From an uncultured Verrucomicrobiae bacterium (GTDB lineage Bacteria; Verrucomicrobiota; Verrucomicrobiia; Limisphaerales; Palsa-1400), in contig CAVXRD010000001.1 in NCBI GenBank assembly GCA_963764165.1, positions 1,499,070-1,563,069 on the forward strand: DNA of 64,000 bases, in the 5' to 3' direction. The translations under genes and the position numbers were made by a program. The notes beneath the pieces are model-generated. The model made no database searches and was not told the DNA's origin. It was given only the letters and a program-made list of their open reading frames with translations. Positions 52,833 through 62,324 of this stretch are shown here, one piece after another (position 1 is the first letter of the stretch; each line of letters begins with the position of its first letter).

Positions 52833-55520
52833 ATGCCAATTACCTTTAATGAAATTGATGTGGTAGATAACGGCGCTCAGTTTTCCAATGCCGATCTGCA
52901 CGTTCACTCCTTCGGCGCTTCCCACGATGTCAAAGATTCCGCGATGACTGTGGAAGCCATCATTGATGAAGCCGTAAAAATTGGCATTCAAATTTTGGCT
53001 ATCACCGACCACAACACAGATGCAAACACGCAGAAGAGCATTGATTATGCGCAAAAATATACTGGCCAGATTCTCGTGCTGCCCGGTGTTGAAATTACGA
53101 CCGCACATGGCCATCTTCTTGTTTATTTTTCCCCGATTAAAGCCGCGAATGTCCGTAATTTATTAGCAAAGATAAATGTTGTCGGCAACCTCGGCGATCA
53201 AAACAGTCACACTGCCATGTCCATGGCTGATGTGATCAAAGAAGCTGAGCTTTTGGGCGGCATCTGTGTCGCCGCGCACATCGATAGAGTAAAAACTGGC
53301 TTTGAAATGCAGATTCAAGGTTATCCCAATTGGAAGAAAGACATCATGCTGAGTCCTGGGCTTTACGGCTTGGAATTCGATATCCCGACAAATCTTGGTT
53401 GGTATTCAGATACGGACGAGCCGACCACAAACGGCACGGAACGGAAGCAAATCGCCCGGACCAGGGCAAATGTGCCGCAAATCATGGGGCGTCCCCACTT
53501 GGCTCGCATTCAAGGGTCTGACGCACATACGCTCAAGATTTTCACCACAGGTCGAAGTGGCAAAATTCTTACGCGATTTAAACTCACCGAGCTAAATTAC
53601 GACGCGTTTAGAACCGCTCTATCTGACCCGGAAGCTCGCGTCCGGGCCGTGGCAACAATTCCACGCACATTGCCTCGCATTCTAGGAATGAAGATAGCCG
53701 GGGGGTTTCTGAATGGAGAAACCTACCATTTTAGTGATAATTTGAACTGCTTCATCGGCGGCCGTGGAACCGGAAAATCTTCTGCGCTCCAAACGCTTGC
53801 GCACGGCCTGGGGCTTAACGACGAAATGAATACGCACGATAACTGCCCTGGGTCCGTAGTTGTATATTGTGAAGACACGAATGGAATCCGTTATCGGTAT
53901 GAACGAATGCAGGGATCAAAGCCCGTTGTAAGGGCAAAAAATGACCTAGATATTAACGATGTTCCGATTGATGCTTTTCGAGTTGAATATTATCAGCAAG
54001 GTGAGTTGGCGGAAGTTGCAAAAAACCCTCTTAAAAACCCAGGCTTGCTTCAACAATTTTTGGACAGACACCTATTATTATCTGATCTCCTCGGCAAAGA
54101 GGAACAGTTGGTCACAGCCCTTGAACAAAACAGTGCGCAGCTTATTCCACTTGAGGTCAGCGCCGGCCAACTCACTGGGAAAAAACAGATTCTCGCAGAT
54201 ATAAACAAGAAATTGTCTATCGCAGAGGCCGGAAAATTGAAGGACATAGCGGCCGAACAAAGTTGTCTGGCCAATGAAAAGAATTTTGCAATATCACTCG
54301 AACAAATCGGAAATGAGTATGCGCGCGGTTTAACCCTTTCAAATTTTGCCCGCGATTATGGAACAATCGAGGCCACCGTTGCCCCGCTGACAAATTCGCC
54401 CGCCTGTAACGCCACACTCCTCAAAATTAAGAATGCAATCGAAGTGGTGAACACATTCTTAGATGAAAAGGAAAAGGATATTAAGGCAAAATTTAACAGT
54501 GCATCAAAAGAGATTACGGCTGCATTGGCCGAGTTGAAACAGATCCATAGCCAGCTGGAAACACAATTGAACGTCAAAATAAAAGAACTCCAGCAAAAAG
54601 GTCTGTCAGGAAGTATTACCGAGCTACAGAATTTTCTCACCCAAAAGGGTGCAGTAACGCTCGAAATCAATAAAATCAACACCCAGGCACCACAGTTGAA
54701 ACAGTTGAGGCAGGATAGACAGCAATATTTGACCGATCTCGAAAATCTCCGGGAGGAAATTATGAAACGGAGAAAAGGACAGCTAAATTCGATCAATCAA
54801 AATCTCGCCGCGACCATTGAGGATTACACGGTCTTCGTGCATTACGAGCCGAGTGGAATAATCGACGCGTTCAAGAAGTTTATTCTCGAGAAGATGCAAG
54901 GAACGTATTTTCAAGAAGACGCAGCAGAACAATTTTGTTCCCATATTACGCCACCAGCACTTGCAAAATTTGTGCTCGATGAGAACTTTACTGAAATTAG
55001 TAATGTTACCGGCGTCACCAAAGAATGGGCGGGACAGATTTGCAAAAAGCTCCGATTTTATCAACAACTTCACGCGTTGGAAGTTATGTGGAAAACGCCA
55101 TGTCCCATTATTTCTGTGAAAACGAAAGGCGCGAAGCCGAAAAGTATCCCGGTTAATCAACTTTCGGACGGCCAGAAACACACCATTATGCTGACCATCG
55201 CCATGCTGGCAGAATCAAACATTCCATTGGTGATTGATCAACCGGAAGATGATTTGGATAATGCTTTTATTTTTTCGGCCGTTGTCAAAGCACTCCGTTC
55301 GATTAAGGAGCGAAGGCAGGTCATACTCGTTACACACAATGCTAACATAGCTGTTTTGGGGGACGCCGAATTACTTTTGCCAATGCGACGAAACGGTGAT
55401 GGAGGAACCGCCTTCGATCTTGGTTCAATTGATAAAACCGAAACAAAAAAGACAGTTTTGAATATTCTTGAAGGTGGAGATTTAGCCTTCCGGCGCAGAC
55501 GTGAAATTTACGGTTACTAA
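52833..55520 (+). CDS. PHP phosphoesterase + SMC-like ABC ATPase (Ppl-like anti-phage protein)
   Basis: ADLHVHS, AITDHN, PGVEI, AAHID, GSDAH; GGRGTGKS; coiled coil; LSDGQK, IDQPEDDLDN, VTHNAN. Confidence 0.85.
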   Translation: MPITFNEIDVVDNGAQFSNADLHVHSFGASHDVKDSAMTVEAIIDEAVKIGIQILAITDHNTDANTQKSIDYAQKYTGQILVLPGVEITTAHGHLLVYFSPIKAANVRNLLAKINVVGNLGDQNSHTAMSMADVIKEAELLGGICVAAHIDRVKTGFEMQIQGYPNWKKDIMLSPGLYGLEFDIPTNLGWYSDTDEPTTNGTERKQIARTRANVPQIMGRPHLARIQGSDAHTLKIFTTGRSGKILTRFKLTELNYDAFRTALSDPEARVRAVATIPRTLPRILGMKIAGGFLNGETYHFSDNLNCFIGGRGTGKSSALQTLAHGLGLNDEMNTHDNCPGSVVVYCEDTNGIRYRYERMQGSKPVVRAKNDLDINDVPIDAFRVEYYQQGELAEVAKNPLKNPGLLQQFLDRHLLLSDLLGKEEQLVTALEQNSAQLIPLEVSAGQLTGKKQILADINKKLSIAEAGKLKDIAAEQSCLANEKNFAISLEQIGNEYARGLTLSNFARDYGTIEATVAPLTNSPACNATLLKIKNAIEVVNTFLDEKEKDIKAKFNSASKEITAALAELKQIHSQLETQLNVKIKELQQKGLSGSITELQNFLTQKGAVTLEINKINTQAPQLKQLRQDRQQYLTDLENLREEIMKRRKGQLNSINQNLAATIEDYTVFVHYEPSGIIDAFKKFILEKMQGTYFQEDAAEQFCSHITPPALAKFVLDENFTEISNVTGVTKEWAGQICKKLRFYQQLHALEVMWKTPCPIISVKTKGAKPKSIPVNQLSDGQKHTIMLTIAMLAESNIPLVIDQPEDDLDNAFIFSAVVKALRSIKERRQVILVTHNANIAVLGDAELLLPMRRNGDGGTAFDLGSIDKTETKKTVLNILEGGDLAFRRRREIYGY

Positions 55521-55672
55521 TGTTTGTTTTCACTTGATCCGATTTTCCGCTATCGCTCCCAACGTGTTTGTGACATGCCTGTCCCCCCACATCACGGGCT
55601 ACATACATGGTATGTAGGGGCTGACGCCCATCACTATTGAATTGCACGGCTTAACCGCCGCACCAACTAGCT

Positions 55673-55796
55673 CCCCAACGTGTCGTCGGCCAGGCCGACT
55701 GTTTGCTTTTTCCCTGCGGGCTTCGGGATAACGGACATCTAACCGCTGTCCTTTACCAAAAATCAAACAGTCGGTCTAACCGCCGACACGTTGGGG
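55673..55796. repeat. 39-bp imperfect inverted repeat (124-bp hairpin)
   Basis: 55673-55711 versus reverse complement of 55758-55796: 34/39 identical. Confidence 0.85.
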
Positions 55797-56050
55797 CACT
55801 GGTTTTTGGAAAAGGGGTTATCACCCCGACGACCGGTCCGTTATCACGCAGCGTTCACGCATGAAGCGTGGAGGACGACGGGTTGACTGCCATCACAAGT
55901 TCGTTCGTGATGCCACGACCGACGACCGTCCGGAGAAAAAGCGCTGCCGCGCCGCAGGCGCGACCGATTTTCCCGTTGAGCACGAATTTGCCGATTTCGC
56001 CAAATCCAGCAGTCTTTGATCGAATCCCCGTTCCGGTAATCTTGACGCAT

Positions 56051-56284
56051 ATGAAAAACACAAACAAAGAGGAAGCAAATGTGCCCGGTGCGTCAGAAGC
56101 GAGCCATGAAAAGAAGGCCGACATTACGAAACTGCCCCGCATGGAAATGTATGCCGTTTTGGGCTTGGAATTAAGTCAGAAGATTTTCGAAAAATTGATC
56201 GAAGTTGAGGAATCAGTTGAGATTTTGGCGCGCCAGAAGGCGCGGGAGTTGCATACCGAGCAGCCGGAAGCCACAGGCAGATAG
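56051..56284 (+). CDS. small hypothetical protein
   Basis: MKNTNKEEAN..; lies between two long inverted repeats. Confidence 0.5.
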   Translation: MKNTNKEEANVPGASEASHEKKADITKLPRMEMYAVLGLELSQKIFEKLIEVEESVEILARQKARELHTEQPEATGR

Positions 56285-56292
56285 CCCATTCG

Positions 56293-56445
56293 GGTTCCAA
56301 AACCAGCCGCCATTACCCCGCCTACTCGCACCAAAAGCGGTTGTCGGCGTTTGCGTGCGGTCATACCCCGCACTCATGCCGCAACTAACTTTCAAACGAC
56401 ACGGGGAAGTTCGGTCCGGCGGGAGTGGCGGCTGGTTTTGGAACC
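56293..56445. repeat. perfect 20-bp inverted repeat abutting the ATPase start codon
   Basis: GGTTCCAAAACCAGCCGCCA (56293-56312) and TGGCGGCTGGTTTTGGAACC (56426-56445). Confidence 0.9.
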
Positions 56446-57729
56446 ATGAATCTAAATACCCCCATCGTGATCGGTGAGCGTGACGGCTGGGGTGACTCAC
56501 ACCCTTTCGGCATTTCGGCTGGGGATCATTGCCACCATATATATATTATTGGCAAAACCGGCTCAGGCAAAACAACATTGCTCCGCAACTTGCTTATTCA
56601 GCATATTGCACTTGGTCATGGGGTCGCGTTGATTGATCCCCACGGCGATCTTGCCGAGGAATTGTTGAATCACATACCACCTGATCGAACCGACCATCTG
56701 GTATATTTCAATCCAGGTGATCTTGAATTTCCCGTTGGCCTGAATTTGCTGGCGAACGTGGAGCAGGACGACCGTCATCTTGTCGCATCTGGGATTGTCG
56801 GCGCTTTCAAAAACATCTGGCGTGATTCATGGGGTCCGCGCATGGAATATATTTTTTACAATGCCGTGGCCGCGCTGTTGGATTGTCCCAACACGACCCT
56901 TTTGGGCGTAAACCGGATGCTCACCGACGAAACATATAGGGCATGGGTCATCCGGCAGATCAAAGACCCGTTCATCAAGGCATTTTGGTCGGAGGAATTT
57001 GCAAGCTATGACCCGCGCTTTCAGCGCGAAGCCATCGCCCCGATCCAGAACAAGCTGGGCCAGTTTCTTTTGAATCCAGTCATCAGAAACATTTTGGGCC
57101 AGGTCAAAACAAAAGTGAGCATTCCGTTTACGATGGATCATGGACGCATTTTCATTGCCAATCTCTCCAAAGGCCGCCTGGGCCATGACAAGGCGAACCT
57201 GCTTGGTTCCCTCTTGACCACGCAATTCCAGTTGGCGGCAATGGCCCGCGCCAAAATCCCAGAATCCCAACGGCGTCCTTTTTTCCTTTATATCGACGAA
57301 TTTCAAAACTTCTCTACCGACGCCTTCGCATCCATTTTGGCCGAAGCCCGCAAATATCGACTCTGTCTGACAATCTCCCACCAATACATTGACCAACTCA
57401 CGCTGCCGGTCCGCCAAGCGGTGTTTGGGAACGTGGGCACCCTGATTTCCTTCCGTGTCGGATATGCGGACGCGGAGGTCTTGGAAAAGGAATTTGGCAA
57501 TGCTTTTCCCCCAAGTGCTCTTGCCGACCTTGGGCGTTATGAGGCAGTTGTGAAATTGCTTGAGAACGGAGCAAACCGGGAACCGTTTCGGGCGAAAACC
57601 GTTGCTCCACTAGAAAACCGAATGGGCCGAAAAGACAAACTCATCGCCCGGTCACGGGAGCGGTTTGCAACTCTGCGAATCAGTATCGAAGAAAAGTTGA
57701 ATCGCTGGATCGAAACGCATTCCTTTTGA
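56446..57729 (+). CDS. type IV coupling-protein-like (TraD/VirD4/HerA-family) ATPase
   Basis: HIYIIGKTGSGKTTLL, IDPHGDL, WGPRME, LYIDEFQNF, EARKYRL..HQY, FGNVGT. Confidence 0.85.
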   Translation: MNLNTPIVIGERDGWGDSHPFGISAGDHCHHIYIIGKTGSGKTTLLRNLLIQHIALGHGVALIDPHGDLAEELLNHIPPDRTDHLVYFNPGDLEFPVGLNLLANVEQDDRHLVASGIVGAFKNIWRDSWGPRMEYIFYNAVAALLDCPNTTLLGVNRMLTDETYRAWVIRQIKDPFIKAFWSEEFASYDPRFQREAIAPIQNKLGQFLLNPVIRNILGQVKTKVSIPFTMDHGRIFIANLSKGRLGHDKANLLGSLLTTQFQLAAMARAKIPESQRRPFFLYIDEFQNFSTDAFASILAEARKYRLCLTISHQYIDQLTLPVRQAVFGNVGTLISFRVGYADAEVLEKEFGNAFPPSALADLGRYEAVVKLLENGANREPFRAKTVAPLENRMGRKDKLIARSRERFATLRISIEEKLNRWIETHSF

Positions 57730-57736
57730 AGGCCGG

Positions 57737-58189
57737 TCATCCCGAACTCCGACAGGATTCCACGAAGGCAACGAAATCATCGTTCTGAAACACTTTCGAT
57801 TTTTCCCAAACAGCGTGCGGAATCGGGAGCGAAAAGAATGCGCAGACATCCCGTTGCAAACCTTCCTGTCGAATAACGAGTTCATCCTTAAGCGATTCGT
57901 ATACGCTGCTCAGATGGAGCACGACCATAGTGACGAATTCGTGCTCCCCGGGACTGATGGGGATTCTTGACAGATCAGCAGAACTGTCAAGAACTCGCGC
58001 GAGTTCCGGGTGGCGGAAGAATTCTCGCCACACGTCCCGATGATTCGATGTCAGGGCGATGAGATTTGCGACTCGCTGCGTCTTGGTTGCGGATCGTAGC
58101 GAGCTTGCGGTAAGAAAAAGACCGCCGACCACTCCAACGGCGTTTAACAGTGTCACCCAATTGTCGGCTATCCAGCGGGGGCCTTCCAT
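57737..58189 (-). CDS. hypothetical membrane-anchored protein (DUF6082-like)
   Basis: N-terminal TM helix followed by a helical domain. Confidence 0.5.
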   Translation of the reverse strand: MEGPRWIADNWVTLLNAVGVVGGLFLTASSLRSATKTQRVANLIALTSNHRDVWREFFRHPELARVLDSSADLSRIPISPGEHEFVTMVVLHLSSVYESLKDELVIRQEGLQRDVCAFFSLPIPHAVWEKSKVFQNDDFVAFVESCRSSG

Positions 58190-58229
58190 CGCCCCATGCT
58201 AGCACGCGTGAAAGAAGGCAGCAACGAGG

Positions 58230-58472
58230 TCAGAGCCGGTCGGGAATATCCGATTTGGCGAGCACAAGCGTCTTACGAGGAATTCTTACCATCCGCTCGT
58301 CGGGTCCACAGCCAGCGGAAGGCGGGAGCGCCCCTGCCAAATTGGTGATGTCAATGCCGATGACGGCAAAATCGCCGCCTTCGAGTTCCCAAATATCCGG
58401 GCACCCATGACAACCGACGCTTTTTGCGCCATTCTCGTGCGGATCAGGGCCAATGCGTTTGATAAAAGTCAT
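58230..58472 (-). CDS. small hypothetical protein
   Basis: GCPDIWELEGGDFAVIGIDIT..CGPDERMVRIPR; co-oriented with 57737-58189. Confidence 0.6.
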   Translation of the reverse strand: MTFIKRIGPDPHENGAKSVGCHGCPDIWELEGGDFAVIGIDITNLAGALPPSAGCGPDERMVRIPRKTLVLAKSDIPDRL

Positions 58473-58532
58473 GCGTCACTTCTAACTATAGTGAGATGCG
58501 TTGTCAAACTCTTTTGCGGCTAGTTTTCCACG

Positions 58533-58802
58533 GTGGTAACCGACAAATCGCAGCAGGCCGTTTGCTCCCGTGTCGCGCATCTTTTGCGGCAGGAACGAGA
58601 GAGGCGCGGCCTATCCATGAATCTGGTGGCCGAGCGAGCGGGTTTATCCCAGCAAATGGTGAGCTACGTTGAACGCGGAATGCGCAACCCCACCTTGGAA
58701 ACGCTCTTGCGTATCGCCGCCGCGATGGAGATCAACCTCTCGGAGATACTCAATCAAGCAATGATAGAGACTCGGAAAGTTGCCGCAAAGCGCAAAGCCT
58801 AA
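58533..58802 (+). CDS. XRE-type HTH regulator
   Basis: RERRGLSMNLVAERAGLSQQMVSYVERGMRNPTLETLLRIA. Confidence 0.9.
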   Translation: MVTDKSQQAVCSRVAHLLRQERERRGLSMNLVAERAGLSQQMVSYVERGMRNPTLETLLRIAAAMEINLSEILNQAMIETRKVAAKRKA

Positions 58803-58840
58803 CGGCTTCCCCGCCTGTCCTCGCCTGATATTCTGGACGG

Positions 58841-59752
58841 ATGTCATCCCGACGTCCTCCACGTTTCAAACGCACACCCACGGTTGCCCCGATGGAGCTT
58901 ACGGAACGAGATCGTGCGATCATCCGGTTGATCTATCGGCACCGCTTTTTGCGTTCATCCCACATCGTCTCGCTCATGGGCGGCAGCCGACAGCAGATTT
59001 TACGGAGATTGCAATTGATGTATCACCACGGATTTCTGGACCGGCCACGCATTCAGATTGAATACTATTATCAGGGCGGCTCCCGGCAGATCGTTTACGG
59101 TCTTGGAAAGAAAGGTCGTTCTCTTCTGAAACAGGAAGCCAATACGGAATCCCCATCTTTCCAATTTGAGGGGAACATCAGTCTGCCCCACCGAGTCTTC
59201 TTTGAGCACGCCGTTCTGGTGTCCGACATTATGGTGGCCATTGAACTAGCCTGCCGCAAAGTGCAGGGTGTCCATCTGCTTATGGGAGAGGAATTGCCCC
59301 TTGCCGGTGGTGTCCACCGGAAACTCAAATGGAGGGTCAAAGTGAACAGGCGGGTGTTGCCCTATATCATACCTGACAGGGTGTTTGCGCTCATTTTCAA
59401 GGAGTCCCCCGACCAATCTCCCGGCCTCTTTTTCCTCGAAGCCGACCGGGGAACCATGCCCATTGTCCGCCAAAATCTCTCCCAATCCTCCTTTTACCGG
59501 AAGCTCTTGGCATATGAGTCCACATGGACACAAGGATTGCACCGCACGCGGTTTGGATACCACCGCTTCCGGGTCCTCACCGTGACCACGAGCGCCGCGC
59601 GGGCGGAGTCGCTTGTGGCGGCATGTTCGCAGTTGAAAAGTGGACATGGCCTGTTTCTCTTTGCCGACCAGGCGGCACTCAAAAGGCACGGCGATATTTT
59701 GACGTTTTCGTGGAAAACCGGCAGAGGCGAGACAGCCAAGATATTGCCGTAA
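58841..59752 (+). CDS. replication-relaxation family protein
   Basis: LTERDRAII..RHRFL..RRLQ..EHAVL..PDRVF..FLEADRGTM..KLLAY..FRVLTVT. Confidence 0.85.
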   Translation: MSSRRPPRFKRTPTVAPMELTERDRAIIRLIYRHRFLRSSHIVSLMGGSRQQILRRLQLMYHHGFLDRPRIQIEYYYQGGSRQIVYGLGKKGRSLLKQEANTESPSFQFEGNISLPHRVFFEHAVLVSDIMVAIELACRKVQGVHLLMGEELPLAGGVHRKLKWRVKVNRRVLPYIIPDRVFALIFKESPDQSPGLFFLEADRGTMPIVRQNLSQSSFYRKLLAYESTWTQGLHRTRFGYHRFRVLTVTTSAARAESLVAACSQLKSGHGLFLFADQAALKRHGDILTFSWKTGRGETAKILP

Positions 59753-59772
59753 ACGGCAAACCACACAGTCTA
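59743..59772 (-). promoter_or_regulatory. conserved operator-like motif, copy 5 (inverted)
   Basis: Minus strand TAGACT-GTGTGG-TTTGCCG-TTTA-CGGCAAT, upstream of the primase. Confidence 0.65.
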
Positions 59773-59876
59773 TTAGAGAGTCATCACACGGCATACGATA
59801 TTCCCCAGAGACGGTTCATTTCGTGAGCCGCACTTAGTTCTTCATTAGTTCGTTGACAATTAACCCAAGGAATATC

Positions 59877-60905
59877 ATGCCAAAAACAAAGTTCGTTGAC
59901 TTCAAGGCTGTCAAATCGGCCATCACCATGGAGCAGGTGCTCCGTCACTACAAATTGTTTGATACGTTCAAGCAAAGCGGTGACAGCCTCAGCGGTCCTT
60001 GCCCCATCCACAAAGGTTCAAATCCAACGCAGTTTCGAGTGAGCATTTCCAAGAATGTGTGGAATTGCTTTTCGGAATGCAAACATGGTGGTAACACTCT
60101 CGACTTCATCGCCAGGATGGACAACGTAAGCATCCACGCAGCGGCGCTTCGAGCCGTCGAATGGTTCAACCTCGACTCTGATTCCATGGCCACGGATTCC
60201 CCACAGGAACCCGATGAATCCAATGGCAGATCGTATTCCGCAGAGAGCCCACGTCCGCGTCCGGCCTCAAGCACGCCAGTATTAGACAATGTCCCGCCGA
60301 ACAAGCCATTGAAATTCAAGTTGGACAAATTGGACCAGAATCATCCCTCGCTTGCGGAGCGCAAACTGACGCCTGAAACCGTGAGTGATTTCGGAATCGG
60401 ATTTTGCACCAAGGGCATGATGGCGGACCGAATTGCCATCCCCATCCGCAATCCGGAAGGAGCAGTCGTGGCCTACGCAGGGCGTTGGCCAGGAGAACCA
60501 GCAGAAGATACGCCCAAATACAAGCTGCCGCAGGGTTTCCGCAAATCGCTGGAGCTATTCAATATAGACAGAGCGATAAAGGAACCGAGCGAGTTGCCTC
60601 TCGTCATCGTCGAAGGATTCTTTGGCACAATGACACTTCATCAGCTTGGTATTCGGAAGGTCGTTGCACTCATGGGCAGCACCATGTCCGCAGCCCAGGA
60701 AGAATTGATACGGAAGCATACCAAGGCCAACAGCCAGGCCATCGTCATGCTTGACGAGGACGATGCCGGTCGGGCGGGACGCGAGGACATCGCAGTTCGC
60801 CTCTCCAAATTCCTCTTCGTAAAGGTTCATGCCTTTGCCGAGGAAGGACGACAACCGGAGAGTATCAGCGCGGAAGAATTACATTCCATATATCCAGAGG
60901 CTTAA
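59877..60905 (+). CDS. DnaG-like primase (CHC2 zinc finger + Toprim)
   Basis: CPIH..WNCFSEC..GGN; RIAIPI..YAGR..PKY; IVEGF; MLDEDDAG. Confidence 0.9.
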   Translation: MPKTKFVDFKAVKSAITMEQVLRHYKLFDTFKQSGDSLSGPCPIHKGSNPTQFRVSISKNVWNCFSECKHGGNTLDFIARMDNVSIHAAALRAVEWFNLDSDSMATDSPQEPDESNGRSYSAESPRPRPASSTPVLDNVPPNKPLKFKLDKLDQNHPSLAERKLTPETVSDFGIGFCTKGMMADRIAIPIRNPEGAVVAYAGRWPGEPAEDTPKYKLPQGFRKSLELFNIDRAIKEPSELPLVIVEGFFGTMTLHQLGIRKVVALMGSTMSAAQEELIRKHTKANSQAIVMLDEDDAGRAGREDIAVRLSKFLFVKVHAFAEEGRQPESISAEELHSIYPEA

Positions 60906-60908
60906 TCC

Positions 60909-61235
60909 ATGGACGTATATTGTTCCACCTGTAACGAACCATGGGACACGTATCATCTCTGGCAGGACGCCATTTTTGACGTGTTGCCACACGACGAGGC
61001 CAAAGCCTGGTGTTCACTTCCCCGCGAAAAAAAGCTCACGCCGAAATATCGGGAGCAATTCCGAGCCGCCGGCTGGGTCTTCGGTGAGTCCATCATCAAC
61101 GTCATACGCTGCCCAGGTTGTGTCGAGAATGCGAAGGCGAATCGGGAGAAACTCGAAACCAAAGCAGCCATCGAGAAACTCTTGGGCGATGACGAGGATG
61201 GCCTCGCCGCCGCCTTCGAGGAGTTCGGGCTATGA
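60909..61235 (+). CDS. hypothetical Cys-rich protein
   Basis: MDVYCSTCNEPWD..RCPGC; operonic with the primase. Confidence 0.6.
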   Translation: MDVYCSTCNEPWDTYHLWQDAIFDVLPHDEAKAWCSLPREKKLTPKYREQFRAAGWVFGESIINVIRCPGCVENAKANREKLETKAAIEKLLGDDEDGLAAAFEEFGL

Positions 61236-62152
61236 ACGCCACCTGTAACGGCGATCATCTCGCCGCTCTGCGTCACGCAATCACGACTGCCACCGCCAAA
61301 AAGCCCACACCGCTTACGTCCCCGCTTCAATTACAGCACGGGTGGCTCGTGCCGCTGATGCTCGATATTGACGCCTTTCTGTGGCGGCGGTGGACGCATT
61401 GGTGCGAAACAACGACCGCCGGGCACATCATCGCTGCCATTCCCACGATTGAATGGCAGCGGCATCAGGCAGGGTTCGCAATGCTCGACCGGACACTGTG
61501 CGCCGTCACTGGCGACGGAGACTGGCGCGGATGGAGCAGTTGGTCGTCCTTCGATTACTTCATGGATTGGCTTCTGTTTGCGTTCGGGCATCGAGGCCAA
61601 CCGGAGTTGCCGCAGGAACCGTCCGGTTCTCCAGGAGCAAGCGAGCGCCTGTATCAAACGTTCAACTTGGAAACACTGCTTGCCTTCCCCTACGACTACT
61701 TCGGCGAGATTCTCGCCGAAAATCGCCATGGCCGACATCTCGGCTTCTATCCAACCCCGATGCACGTCTCGACCTTAATGGCCGAGATGACCTTGGGTGA
61801 GGAAGATGCCAGAGACAAAACGGTGTGCGATCCATGTGTCGGCACCGGTCGAATGCTCCTTGCAGCATCCAACCGTTCCTACCGGCTATATGGTTGCGAC
61901 ATCAATCCAACCGTTATCAAGGCCACGCTCGTCAATGGCTACCTCTACGCCCCGTGGCTTGTCCGGCCATTTCCGTTTCTCGACGGAATACTCTGCGATC
62001 CCGCAGAGAGCTTAGCCGTAAGCGACTCGATTGCGGCGCAGGGTAATGCTCAAAACACCGAGCATGACGCTCGCGAGCAGTGGAAGTTTGAGCCGATCAA
62101 GAAACGGCGCATCGCCGGCGAGCCGATGACAGAACAAGGCATCTTGTTCTAA
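61232..62152 (+). CDS. N-6 DNA methylase-like protein
   Basis: GFYPTPMHV..MA..DPCVGTGRMLL..YGCDI. Confidence 0.75.
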   Translation: MNATCNGDHLAALRHAITTATAKKPTPLTSPLQLQHGWLVPLMLDIDAFLWRRWTHWCETTTAGHIIAAIPTIEWQRHQAGFAMLDRTLCAVTGDGDWRGWSSWSSFDYFMDWLLFAFGHRGQPELPQEPSGSPGASERLYQTFNLETLLAFPYDYFGEILAENRHGRHLGFYPTPMHVSTLMAEMTLGEEDARDKTVCDPCVGTGRMLLAASNRSYRLYGCDINPTVIKATLVNGYLYAPWLVRPFPFLDGILCDPAESLAVSDSIAAQGNAQNTEHDAREQWKFEPIKKRRIAGEPMTEQGILF

Positions 62153-62161
62153 CTCAGCACA

Positions 62162-62195
62162 CAACCTCTCTCATTGCGAGGGAGGTTGCCTTTTT
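62162..62195 (+). terminator. intrinsic terminator
   Basis: CAACCTCTCTC-ATTGC-GAGGGAGGTTG-CC-TTTTT. Confidence 0.7.
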
Positions 62196-62324
62196 CCCCA
62201 CACGGCGCTTTGGCGCGCCGTTCAATTTCTCGCTGGAAAACAAAGCGCCGTCCACGCCCCCAGTGAGAGTTACCAAACCAGAGGCAGCCTGTTTGCGCAG
62301 GCGGACGGCCAGATTGAGAGTTAC

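Noticed and set aside
62184-62195. GTTGCCTTTTT resembling the att arm
   Set aside because: It is the right stem and U-tract of a terminator hairpin, with no left arm or HTH unit.
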